Shown piece after piece: positions 1-10,306 of a stretch of 64,000 bases of DNA. The notes beneath the pieces were generated by a model. It saw only the letters and a program-made list of their open reading frames with translations. It was not told the DNA's origin and did no database searches. A program made the position numbers and the translations under genes. Every line of letters starts with the position of its first letter. Within the stretch, counting starts at the first letter, position 1. The DNA comes from an uncultured Bacteroidota bacterium (GTDB lineage: Bacteria > Bacteroidota > Ignavibacteria > Kryptoniales > JAKASW01), in the NCBI GenBank assembly GCA_963703365.1, contig OY969815.1, positions 2,814,910 through 2,878,909 of the forward strand, in the 5' to 3' direction.

Positions 1-1739
1 AACAAACCGGCACATTCCGGGAAAACCAAAATATGGGAACGCGGATTCTTGATTCAAACGATCTAGAGCGGGAAAAGGGAATAACTATACTTGCGAAGAA
101 TACGTCGGTGAAATACAAAGATGTCAAGATAAATATTGTCGACACGCCCGGACATTCGGACTTCGGCGGCGAAGTCGAGCGGACACTCATGATGGTTGAG
201 GGAGTTCTTCTTCTCGTCGATGCAGCAGAAGGTCCACTGCCGCAAACGAAATTCGTGCTCCGAAAGGCGCTTGAGCTGAATCTGAAACCTATTGTCGTTA
301 TAAATAAGATTGATAGGAAAGATGCGCGTCCCGCAGAAGTGCTGGACGAGGTTTACGACCTTTTCATCACCCTCGGTGCAAACGATGAACAGATAGGTTT
401 TCCTGTCATTTACACAATTGCGAAGCGTGGGATTGCAAAGTATTCTCTCGATGAGGAAAGCTCGGATCTCTCGCCACTTTTCGAAACAATAGTCAAACGT
501 ATTCCTGAGCCACCGGCAGATTCTGAGCCGCCGTTCCAGATGCTCGTGATGAATATTGAATACAACGATTACATTGGCCGCCTCGGCATCGGGAGAATTT
601 TCCGTGGAACGATCAAAGATGGTGCACAGATGCGTGTTGTTCATAAGGACGGCAGGGTTGATGATGCCCGCATAACCAAGATTTATACTTTTGAAGGTTT
701 AAAACGGAACGAAGTCACAGAAGCGAGTGCAGGAGAAATTATTGCTCTTGCAGGAATGGAAGATGTCGACATCGGGGAGACCATTTGCGATCCGGCGGAT
801 GTTACGCCGCTCCCGTTCGTGAACATCGAGGAGCCGACGATCTCGATGAACTTCATCGTGAACAATTCGCCGTTCGCGGGAAGAGAAGGTAGATATGTTA
901 CAACAAGGAATCTCGCCGAGCGTTTACAGCGTGAGCTCCGGGCAAATGTGAGCCTACGCGTCGAGCCGGGAAACACACCGGATATTTTCACGGTCAGCGG
1001 GAGGGGCGAGCTTCACCTCGCTATCCTGATCGAGACAATGCGCCGCGAAGGATATGAGTTTCAGGTCAGCAAGCCAAAGGTTATTTATAAAACAATCAAC
1101 GACGAGCTTCACGAACCCGTTGAGCATGTCGTGATCGACACGCCCGATGAATTTGTTGGAACCATAATCGACAACCTGAGCAAGCGCAAAGGTGAAATGA
1201 AAAATCTTTTACCAGGACATGGAAACACACGGCTGGAATTTATCGTGCCGGCGAGAGGACTCATCGGATTCAGAACGGAATTCTTGACCCAAACAAAAGG
1301 CACCGGGATTCTTCATCATAACTATCATGGCTACGAGCCATTTAAAGGTGAGATCGAGATGAGAAACAAGGGTGCCGTGGTCGTGCTCGAAACAGGAACT
1401 GCGGTAGCTTACGCGATGTGGAAGCTTGGTGAGAGAATGACTTTTTTCATCGAGCCGGGCACCGAAGTTTATGCTGGAATGATTGTCGGGGAAAGTGCTC
1501 GGGAAGACACGATAGTTGCTAACGTCTGTAAGACAAAACACTTAACTAACATGCGCGCTTCAGGCGCCGACGAAGCAATCAGGCTTGAGCCTCCTCTAAT
1601 CATGACGGTCGAGAAAGCTATTGAGTGGATAAACGACGACGAGTATGTTGAATTCACACCGAAGTCAATTCGCCTGCGCGAGAGAATTTTGAACCACGAT
1701 GAGCGTTACAAAGCAAGGAAGAAAACAGCGGTAGGGTAA
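1..1739 (+). CDS. typA: Translational GTPase BipA/TypA; the 5' end lies upstream of the window
   Basis: ORF 33..1739. The frame stays open back to nt 3 (QTGTFRENQN precedes the listed M). G-domain motifs DTPGHSDF and NKID are present, with EF-G-like downstream domains. Confidence 0.9.
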   Translation, partial: QTGTFRENQNMGTRILDSNDLEREKGITILAKNTSVKYKDVKINIVDTPGHSDFGGEVERTLMMVEGVLLLVDAAEGPLPQTKFVLRKALELNLKPIVVINKIDRKDARPAEVLDEVYDLFITLGANDEQIGFPVIYTIAKRGIAKYSLDEESSDLSPLFETIVKRIPEPPADSEPPFQMLVMNIEYNDYIGRLGIGRIFRGTIKDGAQMRVVHKDGRVDDARITKIYTFEGLKRNEVTEASAGEIIALAGMEDVDIGETICDPADVTPLPFVNIEEPTISMNFIVNNSPFAGREGRYVTTRNLAERLQRELRANVSLRVEPGNTPDIFTVSGRGELHLAILIETMRREGYEFQVSKPKVIYKTINDELHEPVEHVVIDTPDEFVGTIIDNLSKRKGEMKNLLPGHGNTRLEFIVPARGLIGFRTEFLTQTKGTGILHHNYHGYEPFKGEIEMRNKGAVVVLETGTAVAYAMWKLGERMTFFIEPGTEVYAGMIVGESAREDTIVANVCKTKHLTNMRASGADEAIRLEPPLIMTVEKAIEWINDDEYVEFTPKSIRLRERILNHDERYKARKKTAVG

Positions 1740-1760
1740 TCAAGCTCTAAGGCCACAAAA

Positions 1761-2474
1761 TTATCTTCCCATGTGCAGCCGCTCGGCAAGAAATTGAGGC
1801 AAGCCTGCGGCTAATATCTTGTCAGCCGCAGTGCGGAAGTTATATTCGACGCGAATATTTTCATAAGCAAAATTCTTCGTATCGATTATCCCGAAGCTCG
1901 CACGGTTGTCGCCGTCACGCGGTTGACCGACGCTTCCAACATTTATCAATTCTTTAGTCTGTGAATCTTCAGCCAGAGGCTGATGCGCTACTGGCGCAGA
2001 CGTTTTGAAGATCACCGGAACATGCGTGTGGCCTATAAGACAAATTTTTTCTTCGAAAGACGAAAGCTCAACCTGCGCATCAGTATTCGTGAAAATGTAT
2101 TTCCAACTCTGCGGTTCCGACGGCGAAGCATGGACTAGTAAAACATTCTCTATTTTGTGTGTCAGCGGAATACTTTTCAGCCATTCCGAGTTCTTATCAG
2201 AGAGAAGCTCGCGCGTATAAGTGATCGCCGACTTAGCATACGAATTAATCGTCGAAAATGTCTCTTCGCTAAATAGAGCATCGTCGTGATTTCCTTTTAC
2301 AGAGTATTTCACCTCCTGGTGGACAAGCTCCACTACTTCATCAGGATTCGCGCCATACCCCACGATATCGCCGAGACAAATTATCTCGTCAACATGTTTT
2401 TTGTGTATTTCACCCAAGACTTTTGTGAGCGCTTCTAAATTCGAGTGAATATCTGAAATGACTGCGTATCTCAT
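1761..2474 (-). CDS. Metallophosphoesterase family protein (calcineurin-like phosphodiesterase)
   Basis: Motifs ISDIHSN, GDIVGYG, GNHD and GHTH are typical of the YfcE/MJ0936-type metallophosphoesterase fold. Confidence 0.8.
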   Translation of the reverse strand: MRYAVISDIHSNLEALTKVLGEIHKKHVDEIICLGDIVGYGANPDEVVELVHQEVKYSVKGNHDDALFSEETFSTINSYAKSAITYTRELLSDKNSEWLKSIPLTHKIENVLLVHASPSEPQSWKYIFTNTDAQVELSSFEEKICLIGHTHVPVIFKTSAPVAHQPLAEDSQTKELINVGSVGQPRDGDNRASFGIIDTKNFAYENIRVEYNFRTAADKILAAGLPQFLAERLHMGR

Positions 2475-2514
2475 AGCTAATGGCTCATAGTCGATAGCGA
2501 CTATAAGCTTTTCT

Positions 2515-3792
2515 TTATTGAACTTTCATGATCCTTGTAAGATAGAGACTCAAATCCGGCAAATACGTGACTATCAATAAAGCCAACAATGTTATTGCAA
2601 GGAACGGCAAAACCGCTCGGTAAATCTTCACGATGTCTTTTTCAAAACGCAAACTCGATATGAATAAGTTCAATCCTAACGGCGGCAACATATATCCGAT
2701 TTCTAAATTCAAAAGGAAAATAATACCGAGATGAACCGGATCGATTCCATATTGCACGGCGATAGGAACGATAAGCGGAACGACAATGATGATCGCGGAA
2801 AAAATCTCAACCATGTTTATCACAAGAAGAAAAATATTCAGTAGGATGAGGAAGATAAGCTGGCTGGAGACAAACTGGTGAATAAGCTCGAACATCTTCA
2901 TCGGTATTTGTTCGTCTATGAGATAGCTCGTGAGCCCGAGAGCGGTTCCGAGAACCACGAAGATCGCGCCGACGAGCATCATACTCTTCTTTACAATTCT
3001 CGGAAGATCCCTAAAAAATTTGACATCGCGTAGGATGAAAACCTCGATGACAAAAACGTAAAAAGCCATTATAGCACTCGCTTCTGTCGCAGTGAAGAAT
3101 CCCGCATAGATTCCTCCAATAATTATGATCGGCAGCGGAATTTCCCATGAGGCTTCCTTCAGAGCACTGGCTGCCTCGTGGAAGGAGAACGATTGCCGCC
3201 TGACTCCTGAGCGAATCCCAATGTAAATGCTGAAGAATGAAAGCAGCACTATCAACAAAATGCCAGGTATAAGACCTGCGGCAAAAAGTTTGTCAACACT
3301 GATTCCCGCAACGATTCCATAAAGAATTATCGGCAGGCTCGGTGGAAAAAGAAGTCCTAGGCTTCCGGATGTAGTCATCAGACCGAGTGAGAATCTCTCG
3401 GGATAAGATTCTTTGACGAGAATCGGATAGAGAAGTCCACCGAGTGCCACGATCGTCACGCCTGAAGCGCCCGTGAATGCTGTGAAAATGGCCGTGGAGA
3501 CCAGGGAGACGATTGCAAGTCCGCCAGGCATCCATCCGAAGAATGCGAGTGCAAGCCGGACAAGTCTCTTTGGCGCATTACTCTCTGCAAGTAAATATCC
3601 TGCGAAGGTGAAGAGCGGAATCGCAATGAGAGCTGGCAAACTTGCAAGCCGATAAAGCTCCACGATCACCGCCGATGTATCGACGCCGGCACTTTTGAAA
3701 AGGAGAAGTCCACCGGCACCGATTAACACAAAGACAGGTTCGCCAAGAAGCACTAATAACAGAATGACGATTCCGACAGCAATATATATCAT
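2515..3792 (-). CDS. dctM: TRAP transporter large permease subunit (DctM family)
   Basis: 425-aa polytopic membrane protein of typical DctM length and composition. It is the last gene of a T-P-Q-M array. Confidence 0.85.
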   Translation of the reverse strand: MIYIAVGIVILLLVLLGEPVFVLIGAGGLLLFKSAGVDTSAVIVELYRLASLPALIAIPLFTFAGYLLAESNAPKRLVRLALAFFGWMPGGLAIVSLVSTAIFTAFTGASGVTIVALGGLLYPILVKESYPERFSLGLMTTSGSLGLLFPPSLPIILYGIVAGISVDKLFAAGLIPGILLIVLLSFFSIYIGIRSGVRRQSFSFHEAASALKEASWEIPLPIIIIGGIYAGFFTATEASAIMAFYVFVIEVFILRDVKFFRDLPRIVKKSMMLVGAIFVVLGTALGLTSYLIDEQIPMKMFELIHQFVSSQLIFLILLNIFLLVINMVEIFSAIIIVVPLIVPIAVQYGIDPVHLGIIFLLNLEIGYMLPPLGLNLFISSLRFEKDIVKIYRAVLPFLAITLLALLIVTYLPDLSLYLTRIMKVQ

Positions 3793-3867
3793 TTATTAAA
3801 ACCCATTAAGAGTGATAAGTGAAGAATGGAAAGCGAAAAATTTTTCACTGTTCGCTTTGAATTGTTC

Positions 3868-4380
3868 TCACACGACCTCGACGGACTTTGGTCCGGTAAC
3901 TGCAACTTCGATCGCTCTGAATAGAAAGTGAATCCCGATAAGTCCGAAGCCGATTGGAATAGCGATCTCAAAGTGGTACACCATGACATTTTTGCCGAGG
4001 AACGTAAAAAGCGGCTCGGTGTTGTATTTGATTTCGTCGGACACGAAAGATATTCCCGCATCACAAAGAAAATAACAGACAACCGATGCAGCGAGATCGA
4101 GCAGTACTTGAACGATCCTTTGCATAGCTTTCGGAAGCCGCTTTGTAATTATGTTGATCGAAAAGTGGCGTGACTCTTTAGCGGCTAAAGCAGCTCCGAA
4201 AAATCCGACCCACAAAACTAAGTGTCTCAGAAAAACGTCAGCCCAAAGTATGCCCGTGTGCCAGAATTCTCTGAGGATAACTTGCAGAAAAGCCATCACC
4301 ACGGTTACGGTCAGGAAGATCACGAGTAGAGTGTTCTCGGTAACCCCCATGATATTCTCGATTAATTTGAAAATTTTCAT
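3868..4380 (-). CDS. dctQ: TRAP transporter small permease subunit (DctQ family)
   Basis: 170 aa with 4 predicted TM helices. Its start overlaps the dctP stop by 4 nt and it lies directly upstream of dctM. Confidence 0.75.
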   Translation of the reverse strand: MKIFKLIENIMGVTENTLLVIFLTVTVVMAFLQVILREFWHTGILWADVFLRHLVLWVGFFGAALAAKESRHFSINIITKRLPKAMQRIVQVLLDLAASVVCYFLCDAGISFVSDEIKYNTEPLFTFLGKNVMVYHFEIAIPIGFGLIGIHFLFRAIEVAVTGPKSVEVV

Positions 4381-5393
4381 TTCTGTTCCTTGCGAAACTG
4401 GTCGAGAGCGGACTCAACTTGCTTGAGCAGATCTTCCGAATACAATTTTCCGACAAGCATCTGGCGTGCTTCCTCGCCGGTCTGATAATAATAAGCAAGC
4501 TCGCTGTTGGAACGCGGATGAGTAATCGTGATTCCTTTAGATTGCAAAGTCTTAATTGCTTTCTGGTTATCTTCGCGGCTTAATTGTGTGAGCTTTGTCA
4601 GATAAATCTGTCCGTTTTTCGTCAGTATCTGTTGCAGGTCCTGTGGGAGAGTATCAAAAAACTTTTTAGAAATTAAAACACCACCAGAGGAGTTAGCAAG
4701 CGGGACATCAAGCATGTATTTGACCTTTGTGAACCATTGTAACGCAATCATTGCAAGCGGTGGTGAGTACACACAATTGATCATTCCAGTCTGAAGGGAG
4801 GAATTCACGTCTATAATCGAAAGTGGGATCGGTGCAAGTTTGAGGACTTTGAAAGAAACCTGCGCTATTGGGTCACCTTCCCACATCCATGCTCTTACAT
4901 CCTGCATGTCGTTCACAGAATAAATCGGTTTTTGCGTGAACACATAAACAAATCCCACCTCAGCCCAACCGAGTAGGACGAACCCGCCTTGCTCAAACGC
5001 CTTACTAAATTCAGGAGTGAACTTATTGTAAATGTAATCTATCTCCGCTGTGTTGTGAAACAAAAAGGGGCTATCGAGAATCCGCTCTTCCGAAGCGACC
5101 TCACCCATTCCAACACCGGTGAAGCCTGCAGATTGGTATTGTCCGATTCTTATTTTTCTCATGACATCTTTTTCGTCTCCCGCAACTCCGCCGGAGTAAA
5201 ACTTAAACCCGAGTCTTCCACCGCTCTCTTTCCTTATGGCTGCATCGTATTCCTTCATCACATTCATCCATGTAGTCCCTTCTGGAGCGACAGTAGCAAA
5301 CTGTATGGTGTACTGTTGGGCACAGACCGGGATGTCCGATAAAATAAAAATCAGCGAGAGAAAAATTGTTTTCTTAAATATTCTTAACATCAT
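4377..5393 (-). CDS. dctP: TRAP transporter substrate-binding protein (DctP/TatP type)
   Basis: 338 aa with a signal peptide and DctP-like sequence (ATVAPEGTTWMNVMKEY...). Operon context supports the call. Confidence 0.8.
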   Translation of the reverse strand: MMLRIFKKTIFLSLIFILSDIPVCAQQYTIQFATVAPEGTTWMNVMKEYDAAIRKESGGRLGFKFYSGGVAGDEKDVMRKIRIGQYQSAGFTGVGMGEVASEERILDSPFLFHNTAEIDYIYNKFTPEFSKAFEQGGFVLLGWAEVGFVYVFTQKPIYSVNDMQDVRAWMWEGDPIAQVSFKVLKLAPIPLSIIDVNSSLQTGMINCVYSPPLAMIALQWFTKVKYMLDVPLANSSGGVLISKKFFDTLPQDLQQILTKNGQIYLTKLTQLSREDNQKAIKTLQSKGITITHPRSNSELAYYYQTGEEARQMLVGKLYSEDLLKQVESALDQFRKEQK

Positions 5394-5415
5394 TTATTCC
5401 TTCCATGAAGCTGAA

Positions 5416-6300
5416 TTAAAAATAATCGCTTTCATGTTTTAGTAATTCTTCCGCTTTGGACTTAGCAATCTCGTTCGCGAGGTTCTGCTCGGGCAGCAAG
5501 TTTTCCGATGCATCGATCACTTTATGTAGCAGGGACTCGAAGAGCTCTTTGTTCTGTGTCATAACGGCATAGAACCTTGCATAAAAATAATATATCATCA
5601 AAAATCTGCCGTCGGAAATTTGAATTGCTTTGTCGAAATGAACTCGTGCTGATGCGGTGTCTCCTCCGAACATTGCAGGCAAGCTTGCCTGGATAGATCC
5701 GAAGAACAAATGTGCACCACCATAGAAATAAGACTCATCGTATTTAAGAACGAAGTCCATCATGGCTTCGACCTTCGGCAGATCGGCAAGGGCGTCAACA
5801 TTATCGAGGTTCAGGCTTACATAACTTGCCCACGCATTCGCTATCCAGAAAATTGCGGGGACATCATCCTTGCCGAACTCGTTCAACGCTTTTTTGAAAT
5901 CCGTGACGTCTCCATCAAAACTTTTTTTGAAGTCATCGTTATCAAATAGAATCCTCAGGCCGTAATCGCGGGCGCGAAGATAGAATAAGCTGGCACGCGG
6001 TTTCGATGAATCTTCGACGAAACCGAGCGCGTAACTCGTGTAGCCCTGTGCACCAAGCATAAGCAGATCTTTGTTGTCGGGCGCTTTTAGTATCAAGCCA
6101 TCGAGAAGCTTCAAGTCGGCGGGAATCGCTTGAGCGGCAATTTGCAGATCGGTTTCCCTGTTCATTGCCTGGAACCCGCCGTCGATAATTCCACTCGTAG
6201 CACCGATGGTGAGTTGTGTGATGCTGCAGCCATGGAACGCAAGAACAGACAACACAGCCACTGCGGCGCTCAAAGAAAAAATTTTCGCGTTATTCATCAA
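5416..6300 (-). CDS. TRAP-transporter-associated TPR lipoprotein (TatT family)
   Basis: 294 aa with a lipoprotein signal (..LAFHGC) and an all-helical TPR-like body. It sits immediately upstream of dctP, as in Treponema TatT/TatP TPAT systems. Confidence 0.65.
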   Translation of the reverse strand: MMNNAKIFSLSAAVAVLSVLAFHGCSITQLTIGATSGIIDGGFQAMNRETDLQIAAQAIPADLKLLDGLILKAPDNKDLLMLGAQGYTSYALGFVEDSSKPRASLFYLRARDYGLRILFDNDDFKKSFDGDVTDFKKALNEFGKDDVPAIFWIANAWASYVSLNLDNVDALADLPKVEAMMDFVLKYDESYFYGGAHLFFGSIQASLPAMFGGDTASARVHFDKAIQISDGRFLMIYYFYARFYAVMTQNKELFESLLHKVIDASENLLPEQNLANEIAKSKAEELLKHESDYF

Positions 6301-6361
6301 TTACCTTAATTACCTTTAGTTCGTAGCTTTTATCTAACAGTCAAATGCTAAAAGCGTTCTA

Positions 6362-7366
6362 TCATATTGAGAGAATCTGGGATAATTCGACGAGACTGTT
6401 GTCGATCGCTTTCTTTTTCTCCCACGTATCGCGCATAGGAGTGTAAACGATTTTGCTGTTTATCTCGCCAGCCATGACGTTCAGCTCGCCGGCTAAGAGT
6501 CCTTCGACTGCTGCAGATCCTAATTTTGCAGCTAAGACTCTGTCACGGGCGGTTGGGCTTCCACCTCTTTGGATGTGTCCGAGCACTGTCACGCGAAAAT
6601 GAAGATGGACAAACTCGCTCATTCGTTTTGCGAGGTCAACTGCGCCGCCGTTAAAGCAGCCTTCCGCAATTACGACTATGCTGCTTCGCTGACGACCACC
6701 GGTCATAAGTTTCTGGCGAATAGCCTCGAAGTTTTCTTCGATTTCCGGAATTGCAATGTATTCTGCACCGCCCGCGATGCCGCAATCAAGCGCGATGAAA
6801 CCTGCGTCACGACCCATCACTTCAACATAAAATACTCTGTCATGTGCATCGGCGGTGTCGCGGATTTTGTCTATGGCTTCGACTGCGGTATTTATCGCCG
6901 TATCATAACCGACGGTGTAATCGGTTCCATAAAGATCGTTGTCGATCGTCCCCGGCACACCGACCGTTGGGATCATGTGTTCGTCGTAAAGAAGAGTGGC
7001 TCCTTGAAAAGTTCCGTTTCCGCCGATCGCGACCAGTCCGTCGATTCCCTGCGCGTTTAGGTTTGCAGCAGCTTTTGCTCTTCCTTCGCGCGTCATGAAT
7101 TCCGTTGAGCGTGCCGTTTTTAGAATTGTGCCACCACGCTGAATTATATTCGACACTGAGCGCGGTCCCATCGGAATGAAATCACCTTTTATCATTCCGT
7201 TGTAACCGTGCTGGATTCCTACAACTTCGATTTTATGATAAACCGCTGTTCTTACTATTGCTCTTAATGCGGCGTTCATGCCAGGCGCATCGCCGCCGCT
7301 GGTATAAACCCCGATTTTTTTTATTTTACTCACATTCTTCCTTGGAAAGCAATTTAAATTTATCAC
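6362..7366 (-). CDS. pfkA: ATP-dependent 6-phosphofructokinase
   Basis: Motifs GVYTSGGDAPGMNAA, GGNGT, PGTIDND and MGR are present. The listed start is GTG. An internal GTG at 7333, preceded by AAGGAAG, may be the true start. Confidence 0.9.
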   Translation of the reverse strand: MINLNCFPRKNVSKIKKIGVYTSGGDAPGMNAALRAIVRTAVYHKIEVVGIQHGYNGMIKGDFIPMGPRSVSNIIQRGGTILKTARSTEFMTREGRAKAAANLNAQGIDGLVAIGGNGTFQGATLLYDEHMIPTVGVPGTIDNDLYGTDYTVGYDTAINTAVEAIDKIRDTADAHDRVFYVEVMGRDAGFIALDCGIAGGAEYIAIPEIEENFEAIRQKLMTGGRQRSSIVVIAEGCFNGGAVDLAKRMSEFVHLHFRVTVLGHIQRGGSPTARDRVLAAKLGSAAVEGLLAGELNVMAGEINSKIVYTPMRDTWEKKKAIDNSLVELSQILSI

Positions 7367-7504
7367 TCACTCCAAGAAAATGCAAAGCGGGCATAGAAGA
7401 TGATGCACGAAACTTGTATTTTTATATTTGTTTTAAACCGGCGGAGCCAAAACAAGTTGAAGAAATTTTGATTCGAAGAGACTAATAATAATTGGTTATT
7501 TTCT

Positions 7505-7630
7505 ATGAAAGAGTTGTCCGCAAAACTTATCAAGAAGCTCAAGCGAATAAAACTCGTGGTTTCTGATCTTGACGGTACGCTTTTGAATAACGAAGGCAAA
7601 ATCGAGCCTGACGACCGAGAAGACAAATGA
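7505..7630 (+). pseudogene. Truncated remnant of a Cof-type HAD hydrolase (41 codons then stop)
   Basis: Hand translation gives MKELSAKLIKKLKRIKLVVSDLDGTLLNNEGKIEPDDREDK*. It contains HAD motif I (DxDGTLL) but stops after 41 aa. It lies in a 333-nt spacer and is not in the ORF track because it is shorter than 60 aa. Confidence 0.4.
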
Positions 7631-7699
7631 CGAAAGTGGCACACACGAATTCTTCGAACTCATACACAAACTAAGAACTAGCAATAACAGCTGACTCAA

Positions 7700-10192
7700 A
7701 TGCCTGACAATGCCCGTGAACAGGATCTTCGACAATCGAAACCAGAATTTTTACTCCGGAGATTGATGAATATCAACAGGGAAAAAAGTATTGCGCTAAA
7801 AATATTCCTGCTTTTAGCTCTCGTGGTTGTAATAACTCTTCTCGCGCCGTCACAGAACCAACTGACTTTCAACTATGATGTTGGCACAATATGGACGCAT
7901 GAAGATGTCATAGCTCCTTTTTCATTTTCAATTTACAAGGACGATGATGAATATCAGAAAGAGATAAAACAGACGGCGGCTAACGTTCATCCGGTTTACG
8001 ACAGAGTTGAGATCGAAAACTCCCTTGCCGACTCCGTGGTCACGATCATCAACCAGATTCAAAATGCCATCAGGCTTCACATAAGAACCATGCGAGACGA
8101 AAACAAGAAAACTTTTGTCAGGGATTCCGAGACGCTTCACGTATTATTGCAGATTCTTCCTTACAAATTTTCTGATTCCGGGTGGCATCAATTACTCTCC
8201 GCTGCCAATAGAAATTCCTCCGTCGTAAACAAATTAGGCGGTTTGGCTCCTGCGATGAAGGGAATAATTGCAAGCGCATATCAGCCAGGGATCATTGACA
8301 GGCCACGCGATCAGATAGGCTCAAGCATCATAGTGGTACGGGAGAAAAATTCCGAAACTTCCGTTTTCACCGATCAAGTCCTGACACCGCAGGATGTTTT
8401 TAATCAACTCGATCAGGCCGCAAGTACCATATTTAAAGGAGACACTGCATCGGCGAACATACTCTCAACTGCGATTGAATCACAAGTGATTCCAAACCTC
8501 ACGTATGATGGAGCACAGACTCAGCGTGAGATCAATGCGGCTGTCGATCTGGTGCCGCACACCGTCGGCTTCGTGAAAGAAAACGAACGAATTATCAGTA
8601 AACATGATCGGATTACGAACGATATAAAGTTGAGATTAGATTCACTCGAGAAAGGACTCCGCGAAAGAACGGGGAAAACGGATATCATTTTCCAGTTCAT
8701 CGGAAAATTTCTTCTGGTTTTTGTAATAATCGGACTCCTCGGCATTTATCTTTTCCTTTTCAGGAAAAAGATTTTCTTCAACAACAAAATGCTTTTACTT
8801 ATAGCCGTGCTGTTGGTCTTTGAGGCATTGCTGATGTATTTCGCATTCACTGCGCAGACAACTTTGCCGGTTGAGTATCTTGTGCTCGTGCCTGTTGCTT
8901 CGATGATCGTGGCAATAATTTTCGATTCGCGTGTGGCTTTCCAGACAACGGTGGCAATTGCGCTCCTTGTCGGTGCTATGAAAGGCAATGATTTCGGCGC
9001 GGCGTTCGCGTCGCTAAGCGCGGGTGCACTCGCGGTCTATACTGTGCGTGACATCAAGAACAGAACACAGATATTCAGGAGTTTGGTTTTTATTTTCATC
9101 GGATATTCCGTCGCTTCTTTGGCCATCTCGTTGCAGAGAGCCGAGGATGCGTCGAGCATTTTGGCTGAGTTTTCTCTGATTGCAGTCAATTCAGTTCTCT
9201 CGCCGATCATAACTTTCGGCTTTCTGATCTTCTTCGAGAAAGTCTTCAACATCGCCACTGACCTGACGCTTCTTGAGTTGTCGGATTTCAACCAGCCTCT
9301 CTTGCGCGAGCTGTCTCAGAAAGCTCCCGGCACTTTCCATCACTCGATAATTGTCGGGACACTCGCTGAAAAGGCTGCCGAAGCAGTGGGCGCAAATCCG
9401 ATACTGGCGCGCGTCGGTGCTTATTACCATGACATCGGCAAAACACTGCGGCCCGGTTATTTCATCGAAAACACAATGAATTTGGACAAATCCAAGCATG
9501 AGTGGCTGCCTCCTGATGTCAGCGTGCAAATGGTTGTCTCGCATGTTACCGAAGGAATTGAGCTTGCGAAAAAGCACCACCTCCCGCAGCGAATTATCAA
9601 TTTCATCCCCATGCACCATGGCACGACACTTGTCGCGTATTTTTATGGCAAAGCACTCCGAAGGCCGTTTGCCACCGGAGATGTGAGTGAAGAGGATTAC
9701 AGCTATGAGGGACCGAAGCCCAACTCGAAAGAAACGGCGATCGTGATGCTTGCGGACTCAGTTGAAGCCGCCACTCGCTCTTTGCAAGATAAGTCACTGG
9801 AAAATGTAGAGGCCATGGTAGATGAAATTGTAGAGAGCAGATATGAAGAAGGTCAATTAGACGAAACGAATTTAACTTTTAGCGATTTGACGAAAATCAA
9901 GGAAAGTTTTCTCGCGGTCATGTCCGGCATCTACCACAAAAGAATAGAATATCCCGGACAATTTGAAAAAATTCCATCGGGTGAAGAGGATTTATCAGAT
10001 TCTGTGATCCCGCATTCCGAATCTTCAAATGGCGCTGATAACGTGCCCGAGCCGGCCGGCGAATTGAGCCAAAAGGAAATTGATGGACTCGCTCCTCCGG
10101 TGTCGAATAAGAAAAGGAAAACGAGAAAGACCTTACATTCCCGCGCGCGGGATCTTCGATATGGCACAGCGAAACATCTCCGCAAAAAATGA
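7700..10192 (+). CDS. 7TM receptor with intracellular HD/HDIG phosphohydrolase domain (PgpH/YqfF-like)
   Basis: 830 aa. It has an N-terminal extracytoplasmic domain and a 7-TM block, followed by an HD domain (HHSIIVG...YYHDIGK...HH). Confidence 0.8.
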   Translation: MPDNAREQDLRQSKPEFLLRRLMNINREKSIALKIFLLLALVVVITLLAPSQNQLTFNYDVGTIWTHEDVIAPFSFSIYKDDDEYQKEIKQTAANVHPVYDRVEIENSLADSVVTIINQIQNAIRLHIRTMRDENKKTFVRDSETLHVLLQILPYKFSDSGWHQLLSAANRNSSVVNKLGGLAPAMKGIIASAYQPGIIDRPRDQIGSSIIVVREKNSETSVFTDQVLTPQDVFNQLDQAASTIFKGDTASANILSTAIESQVIPNLTYDGAQTQREINAAVDLVPHTVGFVKENERIISKHDRITNDIKLRLDSLEKGLRERTGKTDIIFQFIGKFLLVFVIIGLLGIYLFLFRKKIFFNNKMLLLIAVLLVFEALLMYFAFTAQTTLPVEYLVLVPVASMIVAIIFDSRVAFQTTVAIALLVGAMKGNDFGAAFASLSAGALAVYTVRDIKNRTQIFRSLVFIFIGYSVASLAISLQRAEDASSILAEFSLIAVNSVLSPIITFGFLIFFEKVFNIATDLTLLELSDFNQPLLRELSQKAPGTFHHSIIVGTLAEKAAEAVGANPILARVGAYYHDIGKTLRPGYFIENTMNLDKSKHEWLPPDVSVQMVVSHVTEGIELAKKHHLPQRIINFIPMHHGTTLVAYFYGKALRRPFATGDVSEEDYSYEGPKPNSKETAIVMLADSVEAATRSLQDKSLENVEAMVDEIVESRYEEGQLDETNLTFSDLTKIKESFLAVMSGIYHKRIEYPGQFEKIPSGEEDLSDSVIPHSESSNGADNVPEPAGELSQKEIDGLAPPVSNKKRKTRKTLHSRARDLRYGTAKHLRKK

Positions 10193-10306
10193 ACAACAAC
10201 GTTAAGGATCGGATCGTCGGAATTTGTCACGCTCAAATTGTTTATGTGATTATGCGGGATGCCGCATGGCGGCATTGGCGAATTTGAAATTGAAATTTGA
10301 CCACCC

